Virus genome (UHGV): UHGV-1550212
Source of the DNA: a virus
Strand: one strand, 5' to 3'
Length of the DNA stretch: 64,000 nucleotides
Part shown: one piece after another, positions 47,706 through 58,109 of the stretch
Numbering within the stretch: position 1 is the first letter of the stretch
How the letters are laid out: each line of letters begins with the position of its first letter
The notes under the pieces: generated by a model
Seen by the model: the letters and a program-made list of their open reading frames with translations, nothing else
Told to the model about the DNA's origin: nothing
Databases searched by the model: none
Made by a program: the position numbers and the translations under genes

Positions 47706-48062
47706 CTACTTGCGCATAAACAATGCAGCAAGCCAATTCACTGGCTTGTCAATAAGCTGCTTCCACATAGTCCAATTGTACATGCCATGCGCAAACATTG
47801 TAAGAGCAAACAACAGCATGCACATTGATACAAGCCAATCAGCAAATGGCATATTGCCCCATCGAATGTACTCGAAAATGCCAACTTTAACAAGCTGAGC
47901 AAACAAAATGAGCATTACAGCCATTGCAAGTCGCATCCAGACTACATATTGCTGAGTCTTATCTACAAACTTTGCAATCAATGCTGGCACAAAGTACATA
48001 ATGTACGCAAACAGCAACAAGCAAAAGCCTGCATACAGCAGATTAGAAATAAAAGCTCCCAT
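47706..48062 (-). CDS. Multi-pass membrane protein (118 aa)
   Basis: ATG start; hydrophobic throughout. Confidence 0.55.
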   Translation of the reverse strand: MGAFISNLLYAGFCLLLFAYIMYFVPALIAKFVDKTQQYVVWMRLAMAVMLILFAQLVKVGIFEYIRWGNMPFADWLVSMCMLLFALTMFAHGMYNWTMWKQLIDKPVNWLAALFMRK

Positions 48063-48065
48063 ATT

Positions 48066-48947
48066 TTATCGTTTGAATTTGATGAAGTGTTCAGCATCAA
48101 GGCCCTCAAATATGTACGGGTCAAGAGTTTCCCAGAAGTTTGAGTATGTCGTTGTCTTTGCAATACTTGTCTGCTTTGACAAGTTCATGTTTGGATAGCC
48201 AAGCATTGCATAGTGTCGCTCATATATGTGCATTGACGTTGCATTATGCATATAAGCGCCAAGCTTAAGACCAAGTTCATTTGCGACAAGTTCTTGCAAC
48301 AAAGTGAATGCAAACTGGTCGTTACAGAAGCCCCAAATGACATCATTGCTTCGCATATATGTTGTCAAGTACAGCTTATCACCACGAACATTGAAAACAA
48401 GATTCAATGTGCACGGCATATCTTTGCCAGTGTAGTTTGCATATTGCGGCTCATAAATGCTAATAACTGCTCGTCTTGTGCATTCATGATTTCGCAAACG
48501 TTCAATGACATCTGCAATCTGCTTGTGCCAAATTGCGCCATACTGTGAATTGACATTGACGCCATCATCACTGAACTGCTTCCAACGAGGCAAATAACGT
48601 TCAATGCATTCAACTGCAGGATTGGCTGTCATATACCATGCAAATTCTGCAGCAGCATTGAGCTTTTTCCATGGTCGTACATCAATCTTGATTTGTCGCT
48701 GTGAAGGGTCCTGAATAACTACAGACACATTCAGCAATTCTTTTGTTCGAGTCACTGTTTGTGCATTGTTGCCCTTTGATTCTACAAACTCACCTCTACA
48801 ATGAAGTTCATACAAAATTGAGCGAAATGCTTCTGTTGCAGTGTTTTCAACGATTGTCGTCTGTTGATAGCATAAATTTGACGACAATGCTTCAGCATCA
48901 TTGTACTTTATGCTGTCATTGTCATAAGGTGAATTTTTTGTGTGCAT
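48066..48947 (-). CDS. dCMP hydroxymethylase-like ThyA-fold enzyme (T4 gp42-like)
   Basis: ...DMPCTLNLVF, YMRSNDVIWGFCNDQFAF, SMHIYERHY; Asp at the position where thymidylate synthases have Asn. Start at 48947 chosen; ATG at 49088 also possible (would overlap HAD gene). Confidence 0.65.
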   Translation of the reverse strand: MHTKNSPYDNDSIKYNDAEALSSNLCYQQTTIVENTATEAFRSILYELHCRGEFVESKGNNAQTVTRTKELLNVSVVIQDPSQRQIKIDVRPWKKLNAAAEFAWYMTANPAVECIERYLPRWKQFSDDGVNVNSQYGAIWHKQIADVIERLRNHECTRRAVISIYEPQYANYTGKDMPCTLNLVFNVRGDKLYLTTYMRSNDVIWGFCNDQFAFTLLQELVANELGLKLGAYMHNATSMHIYERHYAMLGYPNMNLSKQTSIAKTTTYSNFWETLDPYIFEGLDAEHFIKFKR

Positions 48948-48972
48948 ATTTTGGGATGTTTGTTTTTTATTA

Positions 48973-50067
48973 TCATACAACGATAGTATCTCGTTTGCAA
49001 TCTGTTTTGTCAAATATTGAACAACAATACGATGCAGATTGTTCTTTGATTTCAAGAGCTTCATCATTATCAAGTGATGAAATGCCATCTATGTATGCTT
49101 TTGCATTGCCAGCAATGTCATCATTTGTTAACAACGCTGCACGACGTTCAGTGCCAAAGAAGCCAAAGCACAATTGATGTTGCAGTGCTTCACGAGAAGT
49201 CTTGTCATCAAACTCTGATTTCATGTGTTGCATAAATTCGACAATATCATCAATGTCGCATTGAGTAAAGTCAATGCACAATTTATGCATGTACTTGAAT
49301 CGTTTGTAGTCTGTTGCAAGAATTTCTGGGTGCACAATGAACAACGTCTTTTTGCTGTCTATTGGATTTGCAATGACTGATGCTTGAACATAATCGACAA
49401 GCATACCAGATTCACGAAGTTGCTCAATTGTTTTGCCAAACACATGCCCAAGCGTGTCATCAAACCACTTCAAGTATGCTTCACTGTCTTCATCTTTTGA
49501 CGCGCCAACAATGTAAATCTCATTGACTCCAAGTGCTTTGAGACGAGTATCAGACAACATAGTATTCAATTGATGCTGCACGTACAGCATTGGGCTGCTA
49601 TGCAAAACCGTTTTAACAATCTCACAAGCAATGTCCATATATGCATAGTCAAGCTTTGCAGATTTTGACACATACACTGCACGTTGCTGCAATGGCTCAA
49701 TTGCCGAGCATGTAGTTACAAAGTTGCCAACACATTCTGCTACTGCAATGTCATGCAAGTCATCTGCAATGTACACAATACTTGACAAGTCATCAAATGT
49801 TTGAACAAGTTGCTGAAGCTTTGTTTTGTAATTGCAGAGCATCAATGACTTGATGTTGCAATTACTTAGCATTGTCTTGATGAGTCGTTGACCTGCTTCA
49901 GTGCTGTCACCAGAAATGACATGCACATCGCAGTCAAACCAGTTCAGCATGTCAATTGCATGCCGAACACCATATTGCATTTGTTTTGCAAACTTACCAG
50001 ATTCATTGAACAGCATTTCACCTGACATAATGCCGTCAAAGTCACATACGATTTGAAGTCTGTCCAT
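48973..50067 (-). CDS. HAD-superfamily phosphatase domain protein with C-terminal domain
   Basis: VCDFDGIM (motif I DxDG), VHVISGDS, IADDLHD. Confidence 0.55.
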   Translation of the reverse strand: MDRLQIVCDFDGIMSGEMLFNESGKFAKQMQYGVRHAIDMLNWFDCDVHVISGDSTEAGQRLIKTMLSNCNIKSLMLCNYKTKLQQLVQTFDDLSSIVYIADDLHDIAVAECVGNFVTTCSAIEPLQQRAVYVSKSAKLDYAYMDIACEIVKTVLHSSPMLYVQHQLNTMLSDTRLKALGVNEIYIVGASKDEDSEAYLKWFDDTLGHVFGKTIEQLRESGMLVDYVQASVIANPIDSKKTLFIVHPEILATDYKRFKYMHKLCIDFTQCDIDDIVEFMQHMKSEFDDKTSREALQHQLCFGFFGTERRAALLTNDDIAGNAKAYIDGISSLDNDEALEIKEQSASYCCSIFDKTDCKRDTIVV

Positions 50068-50071
50068 GCTG

Positions 50072-50404
50072 CTACAATTTTGAAGTTAAGTCAATTCGAA
50101 TTTTGTCTGCATTGCTTTGGTCTACAAATCTGTCATCAAAGAAACATTCAACTACGACAAGCTTCTTTGAATTCACAAATTCAATTAGCGATTTTTGCAT
50201 TGCATCAAGCTGTTTCATGCATTTGCAAAAACTGCTGTATGACATGATTTGCTTTGGTGACATATCAAATGCATCCGCAATTCGCTGATGAGCAATCTTT
50301 TTTGATGTTGCAATAATGACATCTGCTTTGTTATCATTTGCATGATTGCCAAATATCGCAATATGATAAACTTTCATTGTATGAGTGATTTTACTGTTAT
50401 ACAT
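50072..50404 (-). CDS. Hypothetical protein (110 aa)
   Basis: ATG start. Confidence 0.5.
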   Translation of the reverse strand: MYNSKITHTMKVYHIAIFGNHANDNKADVIIATSKKIAHQRIADAFDMSPKQIMSYSSFCKCMKQLDAMQKSLIEFVNSKKLVVVECFFDDRFVDQSNADKIRIDLTSKL

Positions 50405-50431
50405 TTATGTTATATATGCACATTGTGCCAG

Positions 50432-53400
50432 TTAACAAATTGATGATGTGCCATCAGTGTTTGCTACAACTGTCAATGCGCTATCAAACTCATCTTGCTG
50501 TAACACATGGTCAACTATGAGTGTTTTGCGAATTGCAGAAAGCTTAGTAAGCAACTGCATCAACACTTGCTGATAATTGATGGTGTTGACGTCATGCTCA
50601 GCGCCAACAATCTGCCCGTTGCTAAGCTTGCCGCTAATTTCATCAATGAGCAAGATGTTGCCAACTTTGTTTAAGCGTTGAGTCAAAATGAGATGCACGA
50701 TTGCAAGACCTGCGAAAGTCCCTTCCATACCAGACATTTGACTTACACTTCGAATTGACTTCGAGCCCATCAAGTCAATCATCTTTAGCACATTGTTGTC
50801 ATTGATGTCAAAGAACACTCGGTAGTTCAATGAATCAAGCAAATCATTGAGCTGTGCATTCAGTGATGTTGCAATTGCTGCAAAGACATATGAAACTAAG
50901 CCTCGTTTGCTTGTGCACTGCTTATATGCATTGTACACCAAGTTTGCAATGTTCCACTTTTTCGAAGCTTGCAAATCTTTCTTGAGAGCTTCAATTCGCA
51001 CATTGTTTGCTGACAAGTCTGCTTGCATTGTTGCAATTTCTGCATTGATGCTTAGCAGTTTTGAGTTTGCTTCAGTTTCATGCTGCTTAGCATCATCAAT
51101 GTCGACTTGCAATGCAGCGTTTGCCACAATATGCTGCTGAGTTTGCTGTGCATGTTCAAGTGCAAATGCTGCAGCAGTCTTGTCAATCTCAAGTTGTTTA
51201 AGAGTAGACTCATATGATGCTTTCTTATCATATTCTGCTTGAGCAATTTCAAGTTCAGCATTTATTGCAGCCAGTTCTGATTCTACTGCAGATTTTGATT
51301 GCAATACATCTTGCTTTGCTTGTTCAGCTTTACGTTTGATGTCTGCAAGTTGATTTGTGATATCTGCAATTTGCGTTTTGACTGCTTCAACTTCAAGCAA
51401 TGTTGCTGCAGTAGCCATTGGCTGTGCAATGAATGCATCCAAGTCTCTTTGCGCATTGACTACAGTTCTTTGCAAGTCATTAAGCTTTTCTGCATGCATA
51501 TCATATGCAGCTTTATGTGCTGTATTCAGTGCAGCAATTATTGCATTTGAATCTGTGACATCAATGATTGCTGCTTGCAATTGCTCAATCTCATACTTCA
51601 AATTGCCAATTTTGACAACATTCTCATTGAATTGCTCTGTCTTTTGCGCGTATTCTTGACGCAACTTAGCAAGCTCAGTTGACAACCACAGCTTGTATGC
51701 TTGCCCTGTGCCAGATGTCAAATCATTTGTGCACACAGGACATTTATCATTTTCAAGTTGCTTTTGCTTGTCTATAACATTGTCGATGTTTGTTTTTGCA
51801 GCAGATACTTCTGTTCTAAGTGCATTTTGAACAGTGTTGATGTCTTCAATTTGCTTTTGCAAAGCATCTATTTTTGCCCGAGTGTCTGCATTATATGACT
51901 TGCCAAGATTTACCAGCACAGAATCAATGCGCTGCTTTGCTGCATCATATGCAAGCTTTGATTCATCAAGCTTTGTTCTGTACAATGATTCTGCATGCGC
52001 AACTTCTTTCTGCACTTTTGCAGATAGCTCATTCTGTTTTGTAAGCAGCTCAGCATATGTATTGTGCAGCTGTGAGCCAGATGCTATGACATTTGTGTAT
52101 GCTGCATTAGCTTCATTGTCAATATTAGTGAGTTGTTGCTCAATCTGCGCTTTTACTGTTTGCAATTTAGACATGTCTTGCAATGCAAGTGCAGCAATGT
52201 CAAGCTCAACTTTGCGAATCTTTGCAACGATGCTATCGACATTTGCTGTTGCATCTTCTACAGTTAAAATATCTGCAGGAATTTGATGCAGTCTTTTTGA
52301 GAGCTCTTCTACTTTTGCACGTGCTTTTGTAAGTTTTGCAGACCATTCCCTTTGATTATCTTGTCGTAACTGCAAAGAGTCATTGAGTTCATTGCAAGTT
52401 GTATTGAGAGACTCAAGTTCTGCTTTTATTGCGACATCAGTCAATGCGGGCTTACTAAGGCCATCAAACAATGCGGCCTTTGCAGCATCATTAGAATTGC
52501 CCAGTTGCACGAATGTGTTGATGCCAAGAGTATCAAGCAACCAGTCATTCAATGAATTTGAATCCATTGCAATGATTTGGTCAAGTAATGTCTGATTGAT
52601 GCAGACATATCGCGACAATTCCCAGATAGAACCAAAGATTGCGTATAGCGTGTCTTTGATTTCATGCTGTGGCACTACGTAGTCATCTGACAATCTTACA
52701 AGCTGCACAGTCTCATTGACTGCTGACACGTTATCTCGCCATGAGCCATCTGCATTTATTCGAGAGCCCCGTTTGAATCTACGTTCAAGTGTTCGAGTTA
52801 ATTTGTAGTGAACATTTTGACCAGCTACTACATGTACAAATACACAAGATGCTTCAAGCTTATCATATGACTCATTGTCAATCAATTTGTCATTGAAGTA
52901 TGTCAAAGCGTTCTGCTTTGTTGCTGCAGAAGACTGTCCAGCGTCAATAAAGCCAGTCAGCAGCCATTTAATGAGTCTGAAGATTGTTGTTTTGCCATTG
53001 CCGTTGTTGCCTCTAACTTGTGTAAGCTGTGCAAGATTGTCAAAGCTGACATCGACATCTTTCAATGCCATGAACTGATTTGCTTTGACATTTTGAATGA
53101 CGTATTTTGCAACTTCAGTGTCAAAAGACAATTTATCAATTTGCTCATCAATCAATGACTTGAACATGTCAACAAACTGCTGAGCGTCTTCAGTAGCAAC
53201 TATAGCATTGCGTTCAATGTACGCATTGACCCAGTCAAGTGCAGCATCTTTAAGCCATTCAGCAGTTTGAACTTTTTGCAGCAAATTGTCGCCATTTGCA
53301 TCTACAGCATTGATTGAATCAATGACAGCAGAATCATACAGAATGTCAATTGCGGCAACAACGTATGAACTTACAAGATTCTGTGCAATGCGCTCAACAA

Positions 53401-54358
53401 TGCCAGACAGTTCGGGCTTTGTGACCTTTGACTTGATTTTGATTTTGTTGATGCGACCAGGATTGATGAGTGCAATCTTATCTGTTTTGATGTCATTGTC
53501 AATTGTGATTGTATGATAATGCACAAGCTGCTCAAGCGAATGCCACTCTACTACAATTCGCTTGTTGTCAATATCGATGTCAAGCAAGTTGTAGCCATGT
53601 TCTGCAGTGCCCTGTTGCGTTGCAGTGTCATTCAACAAATAGTCGCCTTCACCAAAATCTCTGACAATTGGCGAGCCGCAGTATGTCAATGTCTTGGTGC
53701 CAGAAGTCCATATTGCATGTTTGTGAATATCACCCATTGCAACAAAGTTGCTGTGAAACTGTGTTGCATCTATACGACTGTCATTGTCACCACGAACAAT
53801 GCAGTCATCAAAGTTGACGCAATTCTTTACAGGGTCATGGAACAGCTCAATAACACACATTGATGACAATGCAGCAATCTGCGATTCGTCAAGTGATGCC
53901 CAAGGCGAATATGTGCCACCAGACCACTTCTCATTTTGAGCCCATACTGCAGCAGCAAAACCAGGTGCAAGCAGTTCAACTCTTGAACTGTTGATATACT
54001 TGATTCGCTTGTCATCAATTGCAGTTACAAGCTTGTCAATGCTATCTGTCCACTGCATTTGTGAACCATCACCAGCATCAAATGTGTTATCACGTTGCTT
54101 CAAATCATGATTGCCAGCAGTAATGACAATTTGAAGCTTGTCATTGACTTCAAGCATGCCTTTGAGCAGCTTAACAAACAGCGACTCTTCAAGTGAATTG
54201 CTGTTCCACTGCTCAAACACATCGCCAACAATAAACACAAACTCAACCGACTTTGCTTTGTCAATTAGTTGTTTGTTGATGTGCTCATATTCTACGAAAC
54301 GTCGTAAATGCCCTTGTCGAACATTATATTGAATGTCTGCTATGTGAAGTGCTTTCAT
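50432..54358 (-). CDS. Mre11/SbcD nuclease fused to Rad50/SbcC ATPase in one 1308-aa polypeptide
   Basis: N-terminus HIADIQYN, FIVGDVFE, ITAGNHD, GDIHKH (calcineurin-like phosphoesterase); then VRGNNGNGKTTIF (Walker A), long coiled coil with CPVC hook, ILLIDEISG (Walker B), TLIVDHV. Confidence 0.8.
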   Translation of the reverse strand: MKALHIADIQYNVRQGHLRRFVEYEHINKQLIDKAKSVEFVFIVGDVFEQWNSNSLEESLFVKLLKGMLEVNDKLQIVITAGNHDLKQRDNTFDAGDGSQMQWTDSIDKLVTAIDDKRIKYINSSRVELLAPGFAAAVWAQNEKWSGGTYSPWASLDESQIAALSSMCVIELFHDPVKNCVNFDDCIVRGDNDSRIDATQFHSNFVAMGDIHKHAIWTSGTKTLTYCGSPIVRDFGEGDYLLNDTATQQGTAEHGYNLLDIDIDNKRIVVEWHSLEQLVHYHTITIDNDIKTDKIALINPGRINKIKIKSKVTKPELSGIVERIAQNLVSSYVVAAIDILYDSAVIDSINAVDANGDNLLQKVQTAEWLKDAALDWVNAYIERNAIVATEDAQQFVDMFKSLIDEQIDKLSFDTEVAKYVIQNVKANQFMALKDVDVSFDNLAQLTQVRGNNGNGKTTIFRLIKWLLTGFIDAGQSSAATKQNALTYFNDKLIDNESYDKLEASCVFVHVVAGQNVHYKLTRTLERRFKRGSRINADGSWRDNVSAVNETVQLVRLSDDYVVPQHEIKDTLYAIFGSIWELSRYVCINQTLLDQIIAMDSNSLNDWLLDTLGINTFVQLGNSNDAAKAALFDGLSKPALTDVAIKAELESLNTTCNELNDSLQLRQDNQREWSAKLTKARAKVEELSKRLHQIPADILTVEDATANVDSIVAKIRKVELDIAALALQDMSKLQTVKAQIEQQLTNIDNEANAAYTNVIASGSQLHNTYAELLTKQNELSAKVQKEVAHAESLYRTKLDESKLAYDAAKQRIDSVLVNLGKSYNADTRAKIDALQKQIEDINTVQNALRTEVSAAKTNIDNVIDKQKQLENDKCPVCTNDLTSGTGQAYKLWLSTELAKLRQEYAQKTEQFNENVVKIGNLKYEIEQLQAAIIDVTDSNAIIAALNTAHKAAYDMHAEKLNDLQRTVVNAQRDLDAFIAQPMATAATLLEVEAVKTQIADITNQLADIKRKAEQAKQDVLQSKSAVESELAAINAELEIAQAEYDKKASYESTLKQLEIDKTAAAFALEHAQQTQQHIVANAALQVDIDDAKQHETEANSKLLSINAEIATMQADLSANNVRIEALKKDLQASKKWNIANLVYNAYKQCTSKRGLVSYVFAAIATSLNAQLNDLLDSLNYRVFFDINDNNVLKMIDLMGSKSIRSVSQMSGMEGTFAGLAIVHLILTQRLNKVGNILLIDEISGKLSNGQIVGAEHDVNTINYQQVLMQLLTKLSAIRKTLIVDHVLQQDEFDSALTVVANTDGTSSIC

Positions 54359-54360
54359 AT

Positions 54361-54402
54361 TCTAAATGAGATTTAGATTATGTTCGAAATATATGAGAAC
54401 AT
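54361..54402 (-). promoter_or_regulatory. Leader element (copy 3): TCTAAATGAGATTTAGA + ATGTTCGAAATATATGAGAACAT
   Basis: Immediately upstream of Mre11-Rad50 ATG. Confidence 0.5.
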
Positions 54403-54417
54403 ATATTATATGTTGAT

Positions 54418-54446
54418 ATTGTACAACATATGTTATCATTTTGCAA
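54418..54446 (-). promoter_or_regulatory. Sigma70-like promoter (TTGCAA-N17-TACAAT)
   Basis: Direct reading. Confidence 0.45.
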
Positions 54447-54783
54447 GCATTTTGATGATTGCATCTATCACAGTTTCACTGAGCAAGTAGTAGACAACGC
54501 TTATCAGCAATGATATCAGTACTGCAGCTGTGATAAATTGCAACGCATTCACAATTGCACGCACAAATGTTATCTGCGTGTTGTATGCAAGCACTATGCA
54601 GCATAGCACAATAATGACACACCAGACTACAATTGCATATGCAGGCATCAATGAATTTGTCCATATGCAGTACAATACAGTAATTAGCATCAAAAATGCT
54701 ATTGCTCTGATAACTGACACAATGATGTCTATGTAAGGCTTCATTGCACGCAAATGAACTCTTGGTTTATGTTGCTTCATCAT
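54436..54783 (-). CDS. Multi-pass membrane protein (115 aa)
   Basis: ATG start; hydrophobic. Confidence 0.55.
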   Translation of the reverse strand: MMKQHKPRVHLRAMKPYIDIIVSVIRAIAFLMLITVLYCIWTNSLMPAYAIVVWCVIIVLCCIVLAYNTQITFVRAIVNALQFITAAVLISLLISVVYYLLSETVIDAIIKMLAK

Positions 54784-56012
54784 GACTTTATGTACAATTC
54801 TGCAAGTTGTCTGGTGTACAGTCGTGGATTATGATATGCTTTCCAATACGCAGTAGACTTTATTGCAGCAAGAATTTCATCATAATGTTTGACTGCTTCT
54901 GCTACAACTTCATCAAGCACGCTCAAATCTTCTACACTGACAAGCAACCATTTTTCTACAATATCAATGAACTCCTGATTGCAATTGAAGCCATACTTGT
55001 AGTTGCAAGTATCAAGTACAAGTGGAATGCAATCATTTGTCAATGCTTCAAAAAATCTACGAAGACTGAAACAATTCTCATCATATGATGGAATGCTCAA
55101 TGTAAACTTGGCAGTCTTGATGAGTTGCAAATACTCTTCGTATGGAATCAGAGGACCATTGTGCTTCCATTGATTATTGTGTCGTCTTGTCGTGTACTTG
55201 AACAAAAACTTTGAATTGTCAAGTTCACAAAGATGGTCCATGCGTAAAATGTAGTTATAGCGGTCTCTTCTGTCAGGCCAACTGTCAGTCATCGCAAACA
55301 CAAAGTCTCTTTGCTTGTCACATTTTGCTGACATACCTCTATGCTGACACATGCAATACCAATATTGCTGCGATGGGCTGAACTCAAACTTTGAATGATG
55401 CTCACTTCCATCTTTGCATTGCTGAACATAAATGTTGTCAGGCACAAAGTGAAAATAAAAGTGTCGAATTTGCAAGTCATTGATGTAGTCAAGCTTATGC
55501 TGCAATGGGTCTTCACAGAAATTGTAACACTGAATATGCTTTGCTGCTGCGTACTCAGCAACTATGAACGTGCACATCCATTGCAATGCAATATCTTCAC
55601 TCTTCAAAAAGTTTACAAGCGGCTCATTTGGATGCGCTTTGCATTCATTGAACATTTTGTACCACTTGCATTGCTCCATATCGTACTTTGATACTGTATT
55701 GCCATTAAAGAACGACACAGTGTCAATTTTGAATGCATCAAGTTGTTTATGCACAATGTCAAGTGCTTGTGCGTATGTGATTGTCTCATCAGACATTATC
55801 TGCGCAAACTTGATTGGATGCGCATGCAAATTTGCGATAGTGTCTGCCGACATTTTACGCTGTGTGTGATAATCGACATACAAAAACTGACACTTGTCTG
55901 TAAGCAATTCAAGCATTGCTACAGATTTCCATCGAATTGCTTGAAAGAAATTGAAGTGTGCAGTTTGAAAGATGAGATGCGTAGGTTTATCAGAATGAGT
56001 CAAAGTTTGCAT
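54780..56012 (-). CDS. Glycosyltransferase-like protein (GT-B type), cassette 1
   Basis: C-terminal ...IPSYDENCFSLRRFFEALTNDCIPLV (E...EA..x.P motif); paralog of 59060..60616. Confidence 0.45.
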   Translation of the reverse strand: MQTLTHSDKPTHLIFQTAHFNFFQAIRWKSVAMLELLTDKCQFLYVDYHTQRKMSADTIANLHAHPIKFAQIMSDETITYAQALDIVHKQLDAFKIDTVSFFNGNTVSKYDMEQCKWYKMFNECKAHPNEPLVNFLKSEDIALQWMCTFIVAEYAAAKHIQCYNFCEDPLQHKLDYINDLQIRHFYFHFVPDNIYVQQCKDGSEHHSKFEFSPSQQYWYCMCQHRGMSAKCDKQRDFVFAMTDSWPDRRDRYNYILRMDHLCELDNSKFLFKYTTRRHNNQWKHNGPLIPYEEYLQLIKTAKFTLSIPSYDENCFSLRRFFEALTNDCIPLVLDTCNYKYGFNCNQEFIDIVEKWLLVSVEDLSVLDEVVAEAVKHYDEILAAIKSTAYWKAYHNPRLYTRQLAELYIKS

Positions 56013-57175
56013 GGACAAATGTCGCAGTTATGTTGATGTTTGTGTTTATTTATGAAGTCATATGTCACTGCAAAAAAGTGCTTTGCAATGTCATATCGAG
56101 TTTTCAAATATGCTGCTTGGCGTTCACAAAACGCTGCATAAATGTCTGGGTGTCGTTTGAATGCAGCAATGCGTTGCTGTACTTGTTCTGCAGAATGTAC
56201 ATATGACACTTTGCTCAAATATGCATCATCTGCAAATAATCGTCTGTCTTTGTCAACTGCGCAATCAACAAAAGTTGCAATTCGTGCAACAATGGCTTCA
56301 CCAACACGATTTGGCATCAACCCATATTGCTCATATTGTTGGTCACCGATAGCAATGTGCGCTGCTGCATATGACATTGCATATGGCACACTATAAAATG
56401 GCACACTAAAATCAAATGAGCAATTTGACTGTAGTAGTTGCGTTTGTGCATCAGACAATCTACTTGTCAAGTTGCCTGTATGTTTGTGCTCACCAAGAAA
56501 ACTTGAGCGACAACCTGAATCTACATAGTATCGAATGACTTTGTTTATGCGACTGTCAGATAGCATATGCCAATCTCTTGTAGCATATATCAAGTCTACT
56601 GTTTTTGCACCAATATGACGAGGCTCTATCGCAACATTGCTGTATGTTGGCAGCATGAACAATGGCAGCCATTTGACATTGTTGAACACTGAATGTTCAT
56701 TTGACAAATTCATGCACTGGCTAAGTTCAAGTACTGGCTCATCATACACGCCATGCAGTTCAACTCTGCCTGCATGCACAAAGTTGACACGCTTAAATGG
56801 AAATCGCATATCAGTGCAAACCGTCATTCTTGCTGCAGTAGACATTCGCCACATAGCATGCAGCTTAACAACTGCTTCGGCTTGAGGTCGAGGCAGCATA
56901 TTTAGCAAATCAATCCAGCCACCCCACAAAATCCAAACATCATTTGAACAGATGTTGAATTGCAAACTCAATATGTCTTCTACTGTTGCAGCAATGATGT
57001 CATGCCCATTGATGCTTGCAAGGTGCTTTCGTTGATTTGCAATAAGAATGACTTGACTGAACGGAGACTCTGGAAATGACACAAGCGCCTTTGCAAACAA
57101 CACGGGTTCTTGTGATACCAAGTTGTTTGAGTATGGGTCGATTATGCAATCAAGCTTGTGTATGAAAAGTCTCAT
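56000..57175 (-). CDS. Possible DNA glycosyltransferase, cassette 1 partner
   Basis: ...ILWGGWID...TVCTDMRFPF; paralog of 60613..61779; resemblance to T4 beta-glucosyltransferase is from memory and weak. Confidence 0.4.
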   Translation of the reverse strand: MRLFIHKLDCIIDPYSNNLVSQEPVLFAKALVSFPESPFSQVILIANQRKHLASINGHDIIAATVEDILSLQFNICSNDVWILWGGWIDLLNMLPRPQAEAVVKLHAMWRMSTAARMTVCTDMRFPFKRVNFVHAGRVELHGVYDEPVLELSQCMNLSNEHSVFNNVKWLPLFMLPTYSNVAIEPRHIGAKTVDLIYATRDWHMLSDSRINKVIRYYVDSGCRSSFLGEHKHTGNLTSRLSDAQTQLLQSNCSFDFSVPFYSVPYAMSYAAAHIAIGDQQYEQYGLMPNRVGEAIVARIATFVDCAVDKDRRLFADDAYLSKVSYVHSAEQVQQRIAAFKRHPDIYAAFCERQAAYLKTRYDIAKHFFAVTYDFINKHKHQHNCDICPCKL

Positions 57176-57906
57176 TTTGCAGACGATTCAAAAAATTTGT
57201 AGACATCACAGTTAGCAATGTGGTCATTCCAAGCATCTTCAGAGTCTGCAACAAAGCCACAATGACAGCGTTTTGGCTGCCAAACTGGTTCAACTACTGC
57301 AGGCATTGCTTCTTCAATAGTGTTTGCAGGTTCATTATCTGCTGGCAATACTTCAACGTCTTCAACTTGTGCTGCATCTTGTTGTGCACGCTGCTCAATG
57401 ACATTGCCCTCAAAGTCAAACTGAATGCCAGCTTGTTCTGCTTTTGTACGATTGTTACGAGCTACGAACAAATACGCAAAGATGAATTCGACAAGCGCTA
57501 TGGCAAGTGACTTCAGTGCATTGACAAGAAGCATGATGCCCGTTGACAAGTGGCCGTCAAAGCTCAAAAATACGAACACGCATGTAAAGCATGACATAAA
57601 CACTGCAATCAGTGGAATGTTCTTGTATTTTGGCAACAAATCAGAGTTGACTGATGTAAGCAACACAACGAATTGATAACCTATTGCAAGCCAATAGTCG
57701 CCAAACACTGCATAGATATGCGTAGTGATGCCAATAAGAAATGTGATAGTCACAATCATAATGAGCAACACACTTGTCAGAAAGTCTGCAATAGAATTGC
57801 TGAGCTTGTCATACCAGTGTTTGTTGACAATTGATGTGTTGGCTACGCGCACTTTACTAAGTGCATCTATGCCGCTTTTGATATTTGATTGTGCTTTCAT
57901 ACACAT
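57172..57906 (-). CDS. Multi-pass membrane protein with C-terminal Cys/His cluster (244 aa)
   Basis: Hydrophobic N-terminal half; C-terminus ...RCHCGF...HIANCD. Confidence 0.6.
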   Translation of the reverse strand: MCMKAQSNIKSGIDALSKVRVANTSIVNKHWYDKLSNSIADFLTSVLLIMIVTITFLIGITTHIYAVFGDYWLAIGYQFVVLLTSVNSDLLPKYKNIPLIAVFMSCFTCVFVFLSFDGHLSTGIMLLVNALKSLAIALVEFIFAYLFVARNNRTKAEQAGIQFDFEGNVIEQRAQQDAAQVEDVEVLPADNEPANTIEEAMPAVVEPVWQPKRCHCGFVADSEDAWNDHIANCDVYKFFESSAK

Positions 57907-57912
57907 ATAATG

Positions 57913-58050
57913 TTATATCATATCTACACACAAAGCAAATGCTACTGCAAGTGCAGCCATAATTGCATATACGACTATCGATGCAATATAATCTGATTCA
58001 GGATTCCACTTATCAGGTGTGTTAAGCTTGTGATACTTGTCTCGTCTCAT
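57913..58050 (-). CDS. Small tail-anchored membrane peptide (45 aa), not in ORF track
   Basis: MRRDKYHKLNTPDKWNPESDYIASIVVYAIMAALAVAFALCVDMI; 7 nt upstream of next gene; preceded by terminator hairpin. Confidence 0.3.
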   Translation of the reverse strand: MRRDKYHKLNTPDKWNPESDYIASIVVYAIMAALAVAFALCVDMI

Positions 58051-58065
58051 CTTGAGTCAAAAAAT

Positions 58066-58109
58066 GATGGCTGCTGCTACATTTTGTGAAATCATGTGCA
58101 GCAGCCATC
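58066..58109 (-). terminator. Strong hairpin with U6 tract (terminator or attenuator)
   Basis: GATGGCTGCTGCTACAT-loop-ATGTGCAGCAGCCATC with one bulge; A6 on plus at 58059-58064. Confidence 0.55.
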
